From contig CAJINV010000015.1 in NCBI GenBank assembly GCA_905178155.1, positions 1,850,920 through 1,914,919 on the forward strand: 64,000 nucleotides of DNA, in the 5' to 3' direction. Numbering within the stretch: position 1 is the stretch's first letter; every line of letters begins with the position of its first letter. The translations under genes and the position numbers were made by a program. This DNA comes from Amoebophrya sp. A120 (taxonomy: Eukaryota > Protista > Dinoflagellata). Shown here piece after piece: positions 12,345-24,210 of the stretch. Under the pieces are notes generated by a model that was not told where the DNA came from, did not search any database, and saw nothing but the letters and a program-made list of their open reading frames with translations.

Positions 12345-12493
12345 TATCCTGTGCAAAAGTATCGTACTCGTATAAATGCAAGTCTTGCATTACAAATCTT
12401 GTTCCTACGGAAAATCTGCATTACAAATTTTATTTCTCCTGCTGAGGAAATTTGTAATGCATTGATACGAGTGCGATACTTTTGCACTGCATA
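12345..12493. mobile_element. Introner family A (149 bp), just downstream of an apparent stop codon
   Basis: Family A TIRs; TSD agatt/agatt; host frame unresolved. Confidence 0.92.
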
Positions 12494-13037
12494 AGATTGG
12501 TGGAGAAGTAGAACATGAACAGGTCTTCCTCATGATCAAGAATAGATTTCGCAGGACCGAATCGGAATCGCAAGATGTTGCCAGAAAGATCATGAGGAGC
12601 AGGGCAAGCCGCGCTGCTGGGTTTATTTACCACTAGCCGTAGAAGTGGTATTAACTACGAAAATTCGTAGAGAACTGCGTTTTGACAGATCTGTTGGTGT
12701 TCTTTCCTGGTTGTACTGGTCTGCTCGACCTGCATCTCCAGCAGTATGTGCTTATCGCACAACTGTGTTTGAAGTTGAAAAACTTGGAGCGAAAGTTGAT
12801 GCGGAGAGGGTAAAAGTTTTGAGTATATTATGCGAGTAGCAGTAGACAATCCTGACCCGAGCTGCCAGAGTTACAGATTACTTGTTCACGACCCTCAATA
12901 TCAATCGGAACACTTTTGTTCACACCGGGACCAGACAAAGACGAAGGAAAATGACTTAAAGACAAGATGTGAGCCACTTCGTCTTGTTTCGACGTCTTCT
13001 TGCCCTGCTCAGGCGAAGACCCAGCACCTGCAGCAAG

Positions 13038-16000
13038 ATGGGCACCTCCGCAAATAAGTCGCGAGCCAGCTCGCTTTGGGCCATTTGCGAGAGTCCTCCT
13101 TGTACCAAAGTGCTCCTTCCATGTGGTCCCGGCACGAGGACCACCTCCACAATGGTTGCACTACTCTTTCTCACACTCGCACAAGTAGAAGTTGCTCCGG
13201 CCACTGCCATCACTACAAACCTGCAGAATCGCATCAGTTTGCGCAGCCGAAGTAGCCACACGACACTGTCCTCACTGGAAAGAAAATCATCATCGTCCTC
13301 CCGGAACGCGAAGCAAATCGCAAATTTGGTTTCCGTGCTCGACAGGATGCAATCGGACTTGCAGAAAGAGCTGGAACTCGAGGCGCAGGAAGCCAAAAAG
13401 AAGCAGTGCTACTGCGAGAACACCATCGACGAGACGAAAAAGGAAGTCAGTGTGGGGAAAAATCGGGTTAAGGAGATTGGGTCCGCTTTGAAGCAGCAAG
13501 TTGGCGTCGTCGCGGAGGAGAAAGTGGTGATCAAAGAGCTGAAAGCGAATATGGATTGCAAAAATGTCTGGGTCTGGAAGATTTCGAGATTTCTCATGCT
13601 AGTTTGGCATGACTCTGAACTCTGTATTGCGTGGCCACGAAGACCTCCTCTTGTCTGTCATGCAAAAACGATGTTTCTCATGCGGAATACGCAACAGAGA
13701 GCCACGAGAAAATCTGTCATGCTTGGCGGTGCATTACAAGGCGCTTTCCGTTCACTGACATGCATCACAAGTTTCCAGACCCAGACATTTTTGCATTTGA
13801 AAACGAAGCTCGAGAAACAAAAAGCGGCGGTGTTAGCCGCAACGGAGATTTTCGAGAAGAACGCAAAAACTTTTGAGGATGAGATCAAGGAAGCGAATAT
13901 TGGGAAAAGGGACATTGAATCCGCGTTGGTGGTGCTGCAAAAGCCGGGCATGGAGGTTATGCATTGCAAAAGTAAAAGTATCGTACTCGTATAAAATACA
14001 AATTGGCTCAGCATTACAAATTGAATTTGTATTGCGGATTTACCTTAACAGCCTAGATTTGTAATGCATACTTGTAAGCAGTACGAGCGCGATACCTGGG
14101 CAATGCATAGAGGTGAAGGATGTGCAATTAGTGCAAGCGGCGGTGGCGGCGTTAGTGCAAAACTCGAAGTATCCTGTGCAAAAGTATCGTACTCGTATTG
14201 CAATCATGCATTACAAATCGAAATCCTTTTGTTCAGGTAAGTCCGCATCACAAATTTCATTTCTCATGCTGAGGAAATTTGTAATGCATTTGTACGAGTG
14301 CGATGCTTCTGCTTCTGCACTGCATACGAAGGAAAAAGACGTGTGGTTTGGGCGAGATAGAGATGTATTTGGCGATTCTTTCATCGAAGGAGCGACCGAT
14401 ATTGCAGGTGACTCATACAACTCACCGGAACATCAAGCAGAACCCGATCTGGAAGGAAGTGGAGCGGAGTCGCTGTCTGATCAACATGTAGGTGAGAATG
14501 AGATGAAAGAGCATCTACAACCGACTAGCACGAGGACAAGCTTTCTGCAAGTGAAGAGTGAGATGAACGAATTTTCGAAAACAAGAACTTCATCTACCGC
14601 GGGAACGTCATTCGCGTCTCAACTGGCGCAAAGTTTGGACGACGACGGGGGCGCATATTCCCTGAACATTAACCGTCCCCATCCACTTTTTGCATGACAA
14701 GCACAGAATTTGCTACGTTTTTTGCATGACAAATTGGATGGGGATGGTTAATTTTTAGGGGATAGCGCAAACGCTGGCGCAACGCTCTCTCCAACCCTGG
14801 CCCGGCAAATCATTGCGAACTTTCTGACCAAGACGACAGCTACAGCTGGTAGTTCTGATCCGCAAAGTGAAAGTAACAACCCCGTAATACTGATGAAAAA
14901 ATCGTTGCGCTCGCTGCGCAGCAGCGATGACCACCAGGACCACGTCGATCTCGCGTTGCTTCAACTCGAAGGGAGACAAGGGCTGAGTTCATCCACGTCA
15001 GCCAAGAACCTGATGAACACTCCTTCATCCCCCGCGCTGTCTCGTCTATTGGGAATGTTGAAGAACATGAAAAACAACTTTGAGAAAACCGCGACTTCTC
15101 TTGCAGAGAAGCAAAAGAAGGAGAAAACGGAATACGACGAATTCAGAAGCACCACGGAAGGGGAAGTGAACAACTTACAGCAGGTATTCTAGAAAGAAAA
15201 ACCACGACGGACTTGCTCGCCCCCAGTTTGTAATGTGAAATGAACATCGCCACGAGCACGACATGAGGGCACAATACGAAAAATTAAGATACACATTTCG
15301 TCGTGCAGCGCCGTGCTATTGATTCTGCTATAGTTTGTTGTTCTAGCTGCACGAATACGCATTAAGTACAACTTGAGGGCGGTGTTGTTCAACAAAGTTT
15401 TTTTCCCCTCGATAGCGGCGGCTTGATGACAAAGTGAAGAAGCAAAACGCGGCGAAGCTGCAGATAGAAGATTTGAAGGAAGAAAGGGGAAAACTGGTGG
15501 AGAAAGAGCTCCCCGAAGCCGAACGATTTTTGGTTGACACCGTGCAAGAGTTATGCTGATGTGGAAAATCACTTCAGCTACTTCTCGCTTCCTTCACTGT
15601 GGATAATTTTTGATGAGGACGATGATAGATCATGATCATGATGCGTTGTAATGATCGAAAATCAAAATATTAGGTGGCATTGACATTTTGACTTTTGCAG
15701 TTCATGCATGACAGATATCCGCAGGGCAGCAAAACGTCGACATCACTGAGCGAGGCGTCGAGCCGGTGGTTCGTTTCCACAGGACAGCAGTGCGATGAAG
15801 CGAAAAAAGAGTTTGCCATTAACGAGAAAGCGCGGCTCGACGAGTTAAAGGGACTGGCCGAGGGTGGTGCAGTGCTGAAGGAATTTTTGAAGGAAGGTGG
15901 AGCAACTACATCAGTGGCGGCGGGACTAGTGCAAGTAGAGAATCCAGTGGAACAGGAATCGGCTGCTTCTTCAATACTACAACAGGACGAGAGGAGCAGC

Positions 16001-18337
16001 TCGCGGTTTGAGGTTGTTCATTCGGACATCACTCCTGGTGCTGGCCCGCAGCAAGTGTTTCTGCAACTTGGCAGTACGACGAGAACTTCTTCCGTGGAGA
16101 GAGATGAACCGCAGCTACAGCCAGGGACCACTCCTGGTGTCGATGATGTAGACCTTCTCGCGGTTTTCAACGCCGAAACGCACTCGGGGAAGAGTATACT
16201 CGCGACGTCGGCATCAAGTGCAGTTTTACCTTCTGCGAGGACGACAACATCACCGACTTCCGCGTTCTTCGCTGAAGACACATTGTCAGACGAAGCGAGG
16301 AAGGCACGAGGTACGAAGGAAAGAGGAACAATGCCCAGGAGAACTTCTACGCCCGCGAAAGCCTTCTTGTTGCAGAAATTCAATGACCTCTTCGCGACCG
16401 CCGCTGGAGAAGTGGAAGTGCGTGCGGAACAACCCGCGACCACACGAAAAACTGGGTCATTGCCGCGTGGTGAAGTAGAACAATCCAGCACGAGTTCGAG
16501 CTCTAGCTCCACCGCGCACGTGCAGCAGCTGGCGCAAGAGCAAACAGGGAGAGCGAGTACTTCTATGGTGCAAGAACAACTTCAGAACAACTACAACAAG
16601 CTCAAGGGTGACGTCTTGGCCCAAGATGAGAAGTCCTCCTCGCAGTCAGGTCTTCAGCTACACCAGCAGCAGATGTACACGACGCACAAGAATGCTTCTT
16701 TTTCGAACACGCTGGTCGAAAAGATCCAGAAGCTCATCACCCATTTGAAAACGAAACAAGCCGCCGACAACGCCGCCCGAGATTCTTGCAGCCAAGATTT
16801 GCGGACCAATGCGGGGAAATTGGACCTGCTGAAGCGAAAAGAGCAGGAAGTGACCGCAGGGTTGGAGAAATTACAGCTGTATGCAAAAATGCCATAGAAG
16901 TCTTGCTCTTGCACACAATGTTTTAGTGCAGATATTAATTGCATCACAAACACTTCTTCGAAAGGAACAGCACTCGAACTTGTCTTTATCCTGAACATGT
17001 AGATTCTTTTAGTAGGAGCTACAAGACGAGATCTGTCCTGGTGCTACTAGTAGATGAACGAGTGCTATGTTGCAGCTTCTGCATTGGATCAGCTGCAACT
17101 GGAGCAGATTGGGGAAAAGGTGGAGAACGTGGAAAAGCACGACTTGCCGAAAATCCAGGGAGAGCAGAAGCAGCTCTCGCAGGATATGGCTCGTCCGTGC
17201 ACCTGCGTCGACAATGATCTTCTCAACTGCAATGACGTATTTGTGATACCTAAAGTTGTCGCACGAGGATGGTGCGTCTTCTAGCACATGAACATTTCCG
17301 CGGCTTTTTTAATGTAGTAGCTGAGCATGACAAGGGTTCTGGGTTATATTAACATGAGACATCAAACTCAAACTCTGCACAGGACCTGTCATGTAAAAAA
17401 TACACCTTGCTGTAGTAGACAAGATTGTCTTATCCTCTGGTGAAGTGGATTGTTTGTGTCTGACAAAAAAATGTTGTAGGCTCTTCCTCTTGCTTATTGA
17501 GATAGAGACTCATTGTCCGAGCTCCTGAGCACCCGGGCATACAGGAGAGAGAACGGGAAAACAAGCTCTTCCAGGACGAAGTCAAGGAGCAACGGGCGAT
17601 GAAGAAAGTGCTGGAACTCGCGTTGAAACAGATCAGCAAAACGTCGGTGGGGTCTTCTAGTAAGACTGGAGGCGGCACATCAAGTGTGGAAAAATTGTAT
17701 CCAGGAAAAAACACCCATCCCCATCCATTTTTCGCATGACAAACGCCGGACTTTATGCATGTTTTGCATGACAAAGTGGATGGGGATGGGTGTTTTTTCC
17801 TGGAAAAATTGTTCCACCAACTCATCACGGAGGCCGTGGAGGAAGAAAAACAGCTAATGACCTATCCTGTGCAAAAGTATCGCACTCGTATTGCAGTCAT
17901 GCTGCATTACAAATCTTTTTCTTAAGCTGCGTCAGCATTGCAAGTTTTCTTTCTCATGCTAAGGAAATTTGTAATGCATTTATAGATTATATTACGAGTG
18001 CGATAGTTTTGCACTGCATATGACCTCCGAAGCGACAAAACAGCGCGAGTACATCAGCCTGGCGCAGGAGTTTACGCAATTGGAAGAAACGCTTGTGGAA
18101 AAGCGAGACAATTTAGAAAAACAGCGTGCGCAGCTGCAGGAAGAAAACTTCAAAGTCCAGAATGTGGAGAAGAAGCAAATTCTGTTAGAGATCGAAAACC
18201 ACGCGAAGGTGAGCCGGGAGCGGGCAGCGGAGTGTGACTTCATCCTGAAGGCGTTTGGAAAACGGCAGGCGGACCGGACGGCAGAAAAGGAGAAGCTGGC
18301 GAAAGCACAGGAAGTGCTGAAAGGGCTGGATAAGTAA
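13038..18337 (+). CDS. Probably secreted, repeated coiled-coil protein with spaced cysteines (alveolate/dinoflagellate type), about 11 exons
   Basis: Hydrophobic MVALLFLTLAQ segment; repeated units such as IANLVSVLDRMQSDLQKELELEAQEAKKKQCYC and LVEKIQKLITHLKTKQAADNAARDSC; ORFs 12969, 14113, 14893, 15695, 17054, 18020 join in frame; intron about 15552-15791 is degenerate. Confidence 0.75.
13550..13802. mobile_element. Introner family B (253 bp), stop-free and in frame with host
   Basis: Family B TIRs, right end AAA instead of ATA; TSD gcgaa/acgaa. Confidence 0.9.
13958..14109. mobile_element. Introner family A (152 bp)
   Basis: Family A TIRs; TSD gaggt/gaggt. Confidence 0.92.
14170..14326. 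mobile_element. Introner family A (157 bp), stop-free and in frame with host
   Basis: Family A TIRs; TSD cgaag/cgaag. Confidence 0.92.
14656..14764. mobile_element. Introner family E (109 bp)
   Basis: tattccctgaacattaaccgtccccatcca / tggatggggatggttaatttttaggggata; TSD gcgca/gcgca. Confidence 0.92.
15184..15415 (+). other. GT-AG intron with GTAT...ATAG ends (possible aged introner)
   Basis: Removal joins NNLQQ|RRLDDKVKK in frame. Confidence 0.7.
16880..17090. mobile_element. Degenerate introner (211 bp)
   Basis: tatgcaaaaatgc...gcattggatc; TSD agctg/agctg; frame restored. Confidence 0.75.
17237..17505 (+). other. GT-AG intron with GTAT...ATAG ends (possible aged introner)
   Basis: Removal joins LNCND|RLIVRAPEH in frame; contains gcatgacaag and tgtcatg motifs. 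Confidence 0.7.
17698..17806. mobile_element. Introner family E (109 bp)
   Basis: tatccaggaaaaaacacccatccccatcca / tggatggggatgggtgttttttcctggaaa; TSD aattg/aattg. Confidence 0.93.
17863..18020. mobile_element. Introner family A (158 bp)
   Basis: Family A TIRs; TSD tgacc/tgacc. Confidence 0.93.
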
Positions 18338-19362
18338 AGCTCATGGAGGGCAGCACGATGGGCACAGGCGGGTTGGAAACTACGGCTCAACATCCGCTCG
18401 TTCTCATTCGACGGCACGGGAAAGTTTAAGGAGGCCACTCTGTCGTGCTAGGAGTAGGGCAGCATCATCTGCACGTGGTGCAGCTGCAGATATATTTTCT
18501 TTTCTTTTCGTTGAACTTGAAGATTTTTTCCAGAAATGAAATCGAACCTGTGATGATGCTGGTGGACACAAAGATCGAAATGTAAGATGCGGAAAATAAA
18601 ATCAAATGTGCGCACAGTTATCACTCTCACCTGTCTATCAAGCCACGACTTGTGCACTCATCTGTGCATTGATCAATGGATGCTGGAGCGTGGCAGCGGC
18701 TCTGGAACTATGCGACAGCGGCCATATAGTTTTTGTTTCCAGCAGCGATATGTTTGTTCTCATCACGGTGTCAAGATTTTCTTATGGCCGATTTAACGAA
18801 GATGCCGCGGATCTCTCTTGTGGTTTTTGTTTGCGTGCGTAAGATCCTTTTTTTTGTGTGGAGAAGATCATCATCCTAATCATGCTCAGTGACTACGTCT
18901 ACGGCAGGTGAAGCAGTGCAAGAAGATTAGGCTTCGTTCCGGTTGATTGATGTATTCGGGATCCTTTTCTCCTTTCTGAACGAATTCTCTTTTGAACCAC
19001 CAGAATTTGCCTCTCTAGGGTAGCAGGACAACGAAAACGAGAAGCCGAGTCGCAGTTCCACTAACAAAGACGGTGAAAATCATCGCAATGCCGTGATATA
19101 GTTGTGCTACGCATAGCATGGCGATGGAAAGATTCGGAAGCAAGTTGAAGCCACTTGTGTAGTCGGATAGATTCTGAAGCAAGTCCAAGTCGATTGGTAG
19201 AAACATGTTCATGTAGGGCGCTTTTATTGCGGCCTGGATCTCGTGCTGGCAAGTTGGTTGTAAGTCTCTGTATGGAGCAGGTCGGTAAGAAGTGCAGGAC
19301 TACATAGTTACTGGTTACTAGAGATACACACAACCGTGAATAATTTCTACAAGAACTACGCC

Positions 19363-22300
19363 ATGTCTCCCTTCGCAACCAACCCTGACCACGAAAAGGC
19401 ATGGCAGCAAGCCATCAGTACTACAACTCGTGCCCGAGCAACAAGTGCAACAGCTGGCAAAGAATCGGCAAACCTATTTCTATTTGCGTCAAGGAACCAG
19501 AACCACGTGTGTAGTACAACACCAGGAGCAGGAGCTGCATCAGGAACAGCGGCTGTGGGTGTTGACTCGAGAGCAGGGTCCCCCGATTTTGAAGGTGGAA
19601 TTGGAGGAGGCGGTGCTGTAGCAGGAGCAGCCAGCACCGCCGAAAATAAAACCGTACAGCACCAGCGCTATGGTACATCTCTCCTGCACACCCTGCTTTT
19701 CGCGCTCTTCCGCTTTCTGGACAACCACAAGAAGAAACTCCTCTTTCTCGGTCTCCCGACGATCGTCATCTTTCTCTACCTCCGGAAACTGTACCTGAAA
19801 TATTTGAAGCCGATTCTAGAACTGGTCCGAGCCACGCAAGGCATGGGAAATATGATGGGCTCGTCGTCTGTTGGTGGTGGCAAAGTTGGTGGTGCGCCAG
19901 GAGGCGCAGAACAAGGCTCTGCCACCGCGACGGGCATTGGAAATACTGCGTTACCCGACCAAGATTTCAACGAGCAAGAACTGGAGAAGATGCTGAAATC
20001 GCTGCTGAGTCTCGGCAGCGGAGACGAAGACGACAACGATCCGCAAAACCAGGCGTTACTTCAAGGCTTGCTGGGAAGCACCGGTTCCGGAATTACGGGC
20101 GGGAGCGCCTCCTCCGCCCAAGGAAGTCCGTTGGAGGAGCTGCTGAGTGGGGCCGGGTCCGGAGGGTCCTCGTTCCTGCAAAACATGAGCAACCTTATGA
20201 ACGATGGGGTTGCTGCGCCGACGTCGTCGCACAATCAAAATCATGTTGACAGCAGTTCGAGCGACGTGGCCCAGGAGCTGTTTATTACCTACCAGGAGCA
20301 AGATTTTTTTTCGCAACAGAGCTTCCAAACGTATTTGAATTTCGACGAAATCCAGTACCAACTCTACTTGTCTTATGGGTGTGTCAGGATTGAAATCGAC
20401 AAAGTTGAAATAACTTGTAATGCATAAAATGGATGAGTAAAGTTGTGACCCAGTTTCCAATTGGCGCAACACAAATTTGGGTAGAGCCGCAATCCAGTTT
20501 GTCATGCTGTTTGGGTAAGAAAGACGCCTTTTGTCATGCTACTCTAGCAGCTCAGTGTCTACCCCTCAACAGGCTTGCAATCTGCCTCACTTGCCTACTC
20601 TGCAAGACAGGCACTTTGAGGGCTGCGTTTTATGCATGACAAACTATTTCATTTTCAACTTTGACGATTTCAAATCTGACGCTTCCATATGTCCGATGCC
20701 TCGGTCTCCGAAAACTTGTCTGTGATCCGTTCCGAATTGTTTGACAAGGTGTTTCGGACCAACATCGAGGCCGCGGCAGCAAGGATTCGGCAACTCAACG
20801 AGATTGGCAATGGCTCGGCTTGCAATGGCGATGATGTCGTGTTGGCAGCGGACCATCTTCATGGGCGGACGCCGGAGGCCGCCACAACCTCGAGGGACAA
20901 AGATGTTGGAAGCGGGCTCGCCGCTAGTACTTCGTCTAGTACAGCTGGTGCTCTAGTGCTGCAACATGCGACCTCAGCACACCAGCACCAGCAGCAGCTA
21001 ACTTTTGTGCAGGAGAAACAGCTCGTATGGGATGGAAAACATTTAAGTCTAGTACGCTCTTCGCTTTGCAGTTGAGGTTCAGAGCTGATGAAGAAGATTT
21101 TTTTGCATGAAATTATCAAAGAGAAGAAAGCTTGTCATTTCTAGCGGGACAATATCGACCTCACGCAGCTGAGCAGTTCTTTTTCATGTGTTTTTCTATC
21201 CGATACCTAGCGGAGAAGAAGGAGAAGGCGTTCCACGAGTTGCAGGCACTGTGCTTGGCGAAACTTTTGACGGGAGTCGTGTGCCTGAGCGCGGTGGCGC
21301 TGCAGAACCGCGTGTGCACTGTCCTGATTCTGAAACGCAATCGGGCGGTGTTTCTGCAGGAGTACTGCAAAAGCTGGAGGGAGTACTACGGAGTAAACGA
21401 AGAAGATCATGGAGGAGGTGAAGTACAACTACACCCAGTGCACCAGGGCAGCAGCAGCAAGAGCACGAAGTGTCAGACTGCTGAGCGTGCTCCTGGCATG
21501 GTGGACCACGTCGACAATCAGAAGTACAAGGAAGAAATAACCAAATATCTACAACTCGTGCGGAACTGCTTTTCTTACAACGCTAGCGGGAGCGGAGGTC
21601 GAGGTGAGGAGGACGGAGCAGGTTCATCCATAAATAACACCGGGCAGCTGCAAGAACACGAAACAGATCATGTTCATGTTGCTTCTACGCCACCTTATCC
21701 TTGTCCTGTTGACAATCAGGCCCCCGCAGCTGCCATATCATCTTCATCTTTGGTCGACAAGATTTTTGACAAGGGTCAGATTTTGGTGGAAAAAGTTTCC
21801 GCCAAGTTGGAGGGTTTCGTCGCAAAACACGTCTTTGCTGACAGTGCGTCTGTTTCCCATGATGAAAATGCTGATTCCCGGGCTCTTGCAGGCAGGAGTC
21901 GCACGGCAGGAACGGGAGAGAGTGGCGTTTCGGAGATGTTAACAGCACCCGGATTACAACATTCACCTGTGCCCGGTAGTACTACCAGTACAACTACGGG
22001 GAACGACTGGGCGGCCGAGTTTGCGGAAAAAATGCAAGAAAATGGGCAACATGATGATCTACAAGTTCAAGGGAACAACAAGCCGAAACAGGTGCAACAA
22101 GACAGTCGTGGTCGCGGCGCCGACACCAGCACTCCTGCTACGACCGTCGCATCGCGCTCTCCTGCCCCTGACGAGAACAGTACGAAAAGCAAAATACCAC
22201 TTGCTCCCTTCACCGCTGCAACGGTGGAGCGATTGCTGCAAACTACCATCCACTGTCAGACGGAGAAAGGGCTCAAAAACTTGGCGGATTCGATTCTACC

Positions 22301-23447
22301 GGACGTGAAAAGCACGTACGCCGAGTACCTAGAGGAAAACCGGCTGCAGCAGCGGCTGACAGAAAGGGTCTCGGCCGAGGATTTAAAGCCGTTGTTTGTG
22401 GGGAAAGTCCTTGCAGGGATGAAGTTATTTCGACGACAAGAAGAGCTACTTGCTCAGCGGCGGGCGGACGAAGCAAGAGACTGTAATATAGCGAGAGGTA
22501 GAGCTATCAATTTCAATTTGCAGTGGAAGAGCTTGCTGCTAGCACAGGAAGATCAGCGGAAGGAGGAAACAAGCAGAAGTTCTTGCGACGTAGTAGACGA
22601 GCAGAAGAACTACACTACAACTTCCATTAATTCGGCAATGGGAAGAGAACCAGCTGCTGCAAGTCCGGCAGCCACACGCGGCGAAGAGGCAACAGCTACA
22701 GAACATCAAGCTGCGGATGAAGACCACCAGCAGCAGCAAGCCACTACGCAGCGGCTCCTTCTTGCGGAGCAGGAGGATATCCTGGAGTCTCCCCACTTTC
22801 ACAACGCCGTGGTTTCTACGACTCACTCCCTGTTGGACGTGCTGCACCAAGCAGTGGTGGCGTACGTTGAGGAAAATGGCGAAGAGATCGCCACGCCAAC
22901 TGCCGCTATGATGGTTGAGACCGTCGGGCAGGGTGGCAGCACCGTGTTGACAGGACCAGATGTAGACGAGGTACAGGAGGTACAAATAGGGGCACCATCT
23001 TCTTCGACATCAAACTCCGAGGATGTTAGACTTAGGAGGCGAACGAAAAACATGGACGACGAGGTTTTTGGTGCGCCGGAAGAGGATCAAGCCGATGAGG
23101 AAATGTTAGCTACTACAAGTAGAGCAGCAGCAGCAGTGGCTGCAACAAGTGCAGAAAGATCAATACTGGAAAATCATCAAGATCAGGGAATAGACCCCCG
23201 AAGGCAACACTCCCCTGCTGGTGAAGAAAACCGTGAACGACCACCAAAAACGAAAACCATCGAGATTGGGAAACTGGTGCCATTCCTCTGTCAGCAAGCC
23301 GAGGTCATGTTCGAATTTTTGGAGGGAGAGCTTGACGAAAACGGGTATCAATCGCAGAACCCCTACATGCAAGCCATCAATGCCAGCAACGAGAGGGAAA
23401 ATAGTCCAGAATTCATGCTGATGAAGGCCATATTGCAAGCGGGGTAA
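19363..23447 (+). CDS. PEX3: Peroxin-3-like peroxisomal membrane biogenesis protein with long low-complexity insertions, 3 exons
   Basis: Ordered Pex3-like blocks: FLDNHKKKLLFLG followed by a TM helix; KEKAFHELQALCLAKLLTGVVCLSAVALQNRV; LLAEQEDILESPHFHNAV; IGKLVPFLCQQ; NPYMQAI; exons 19363-20373, 20695-21025, 21211-23447. Confidence 0.75.
20374..20689. mobile_element. Introner family D (316 bp)
   Basis: Family D TIRs; TSD tgtct/tgtcc; interior inverted relative to the 9525 copy. Confidence 0.93.
21026..21205. mobile_element. Degenerate introner (180 bp)
   Basis: tatgggatggaaaaca / tgtttttctatccgata; TSD gctcg/cctag; frame restored. Confidence 0.7.
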
Positions 23448-24210
23448 GAAGATGAAAAAGAAGAAGTTCTTGATGTAGTAGTTCTTGTGCCAGCACCAGG
23501 TTTATTACACAAATAATTGAGTCTTCACGTTAACGTTTACATTTACAAATGGGCACCTGTTGTTGGTTTTCGCGTGCTGGCACCGAGAGTTGTAGTTCTG
23601 GTGTGAAATTGTAATTGACACAGGATGGATCGTGCAGTTTTTGTTGTATCCACAAAGTGGAGGAAGGGAGCGACCTGTAAATGGAACCTCCTTGTTGTGT
23701 TTGCCTGAAGGTGAAAATCAAACTAGCTCCGCCTGAGCGACGTGTAGTCAACTCTGCTCAATGAAGATGCACGATGACAAATCTAACGAGTCCGCAGTGG
23801 GCAGAAGATAAAAATGGTCAGCACGAGGACCTTCTACTTCTTTTTCGTAAACGATGAATCAGACCGGCTTCGACATAGGTAACTTGCTCAAGTTGTAATT
23901 TCAATGACCGTTGTTGGCAGTTGTGAGTGAGGGCGAAAATGAAAAAATCAAAAACTAAAAGCAGAAAAGAAGATAAAAGTCAAAGTTGCGAGAGGCTCCT
24001 AAGAGAACCGTGATCCAAGCTCGACCGGCGTGGGCTTTCCGTGTCGGATCATAATTCTTACTCCGGACGAACAAAGGATAATTAAGGTAGGCCTGCTCAG
24101 TGGCCACCTCTTAGTAGAGTCTGGTACCTGCAACAAGAAAGGTTGAAATGACGTAACGATAACTCGTAAACATTTCATCTTCAACCCGGGAGCTGCCAGA
24201 AATCGCGACG

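Noticed and set aside
21025-21210. Apparent GT...AG pair around the 21026 element
   Set aside because: Using it shifts the PEX3 frame by one base; only the element+5 register works
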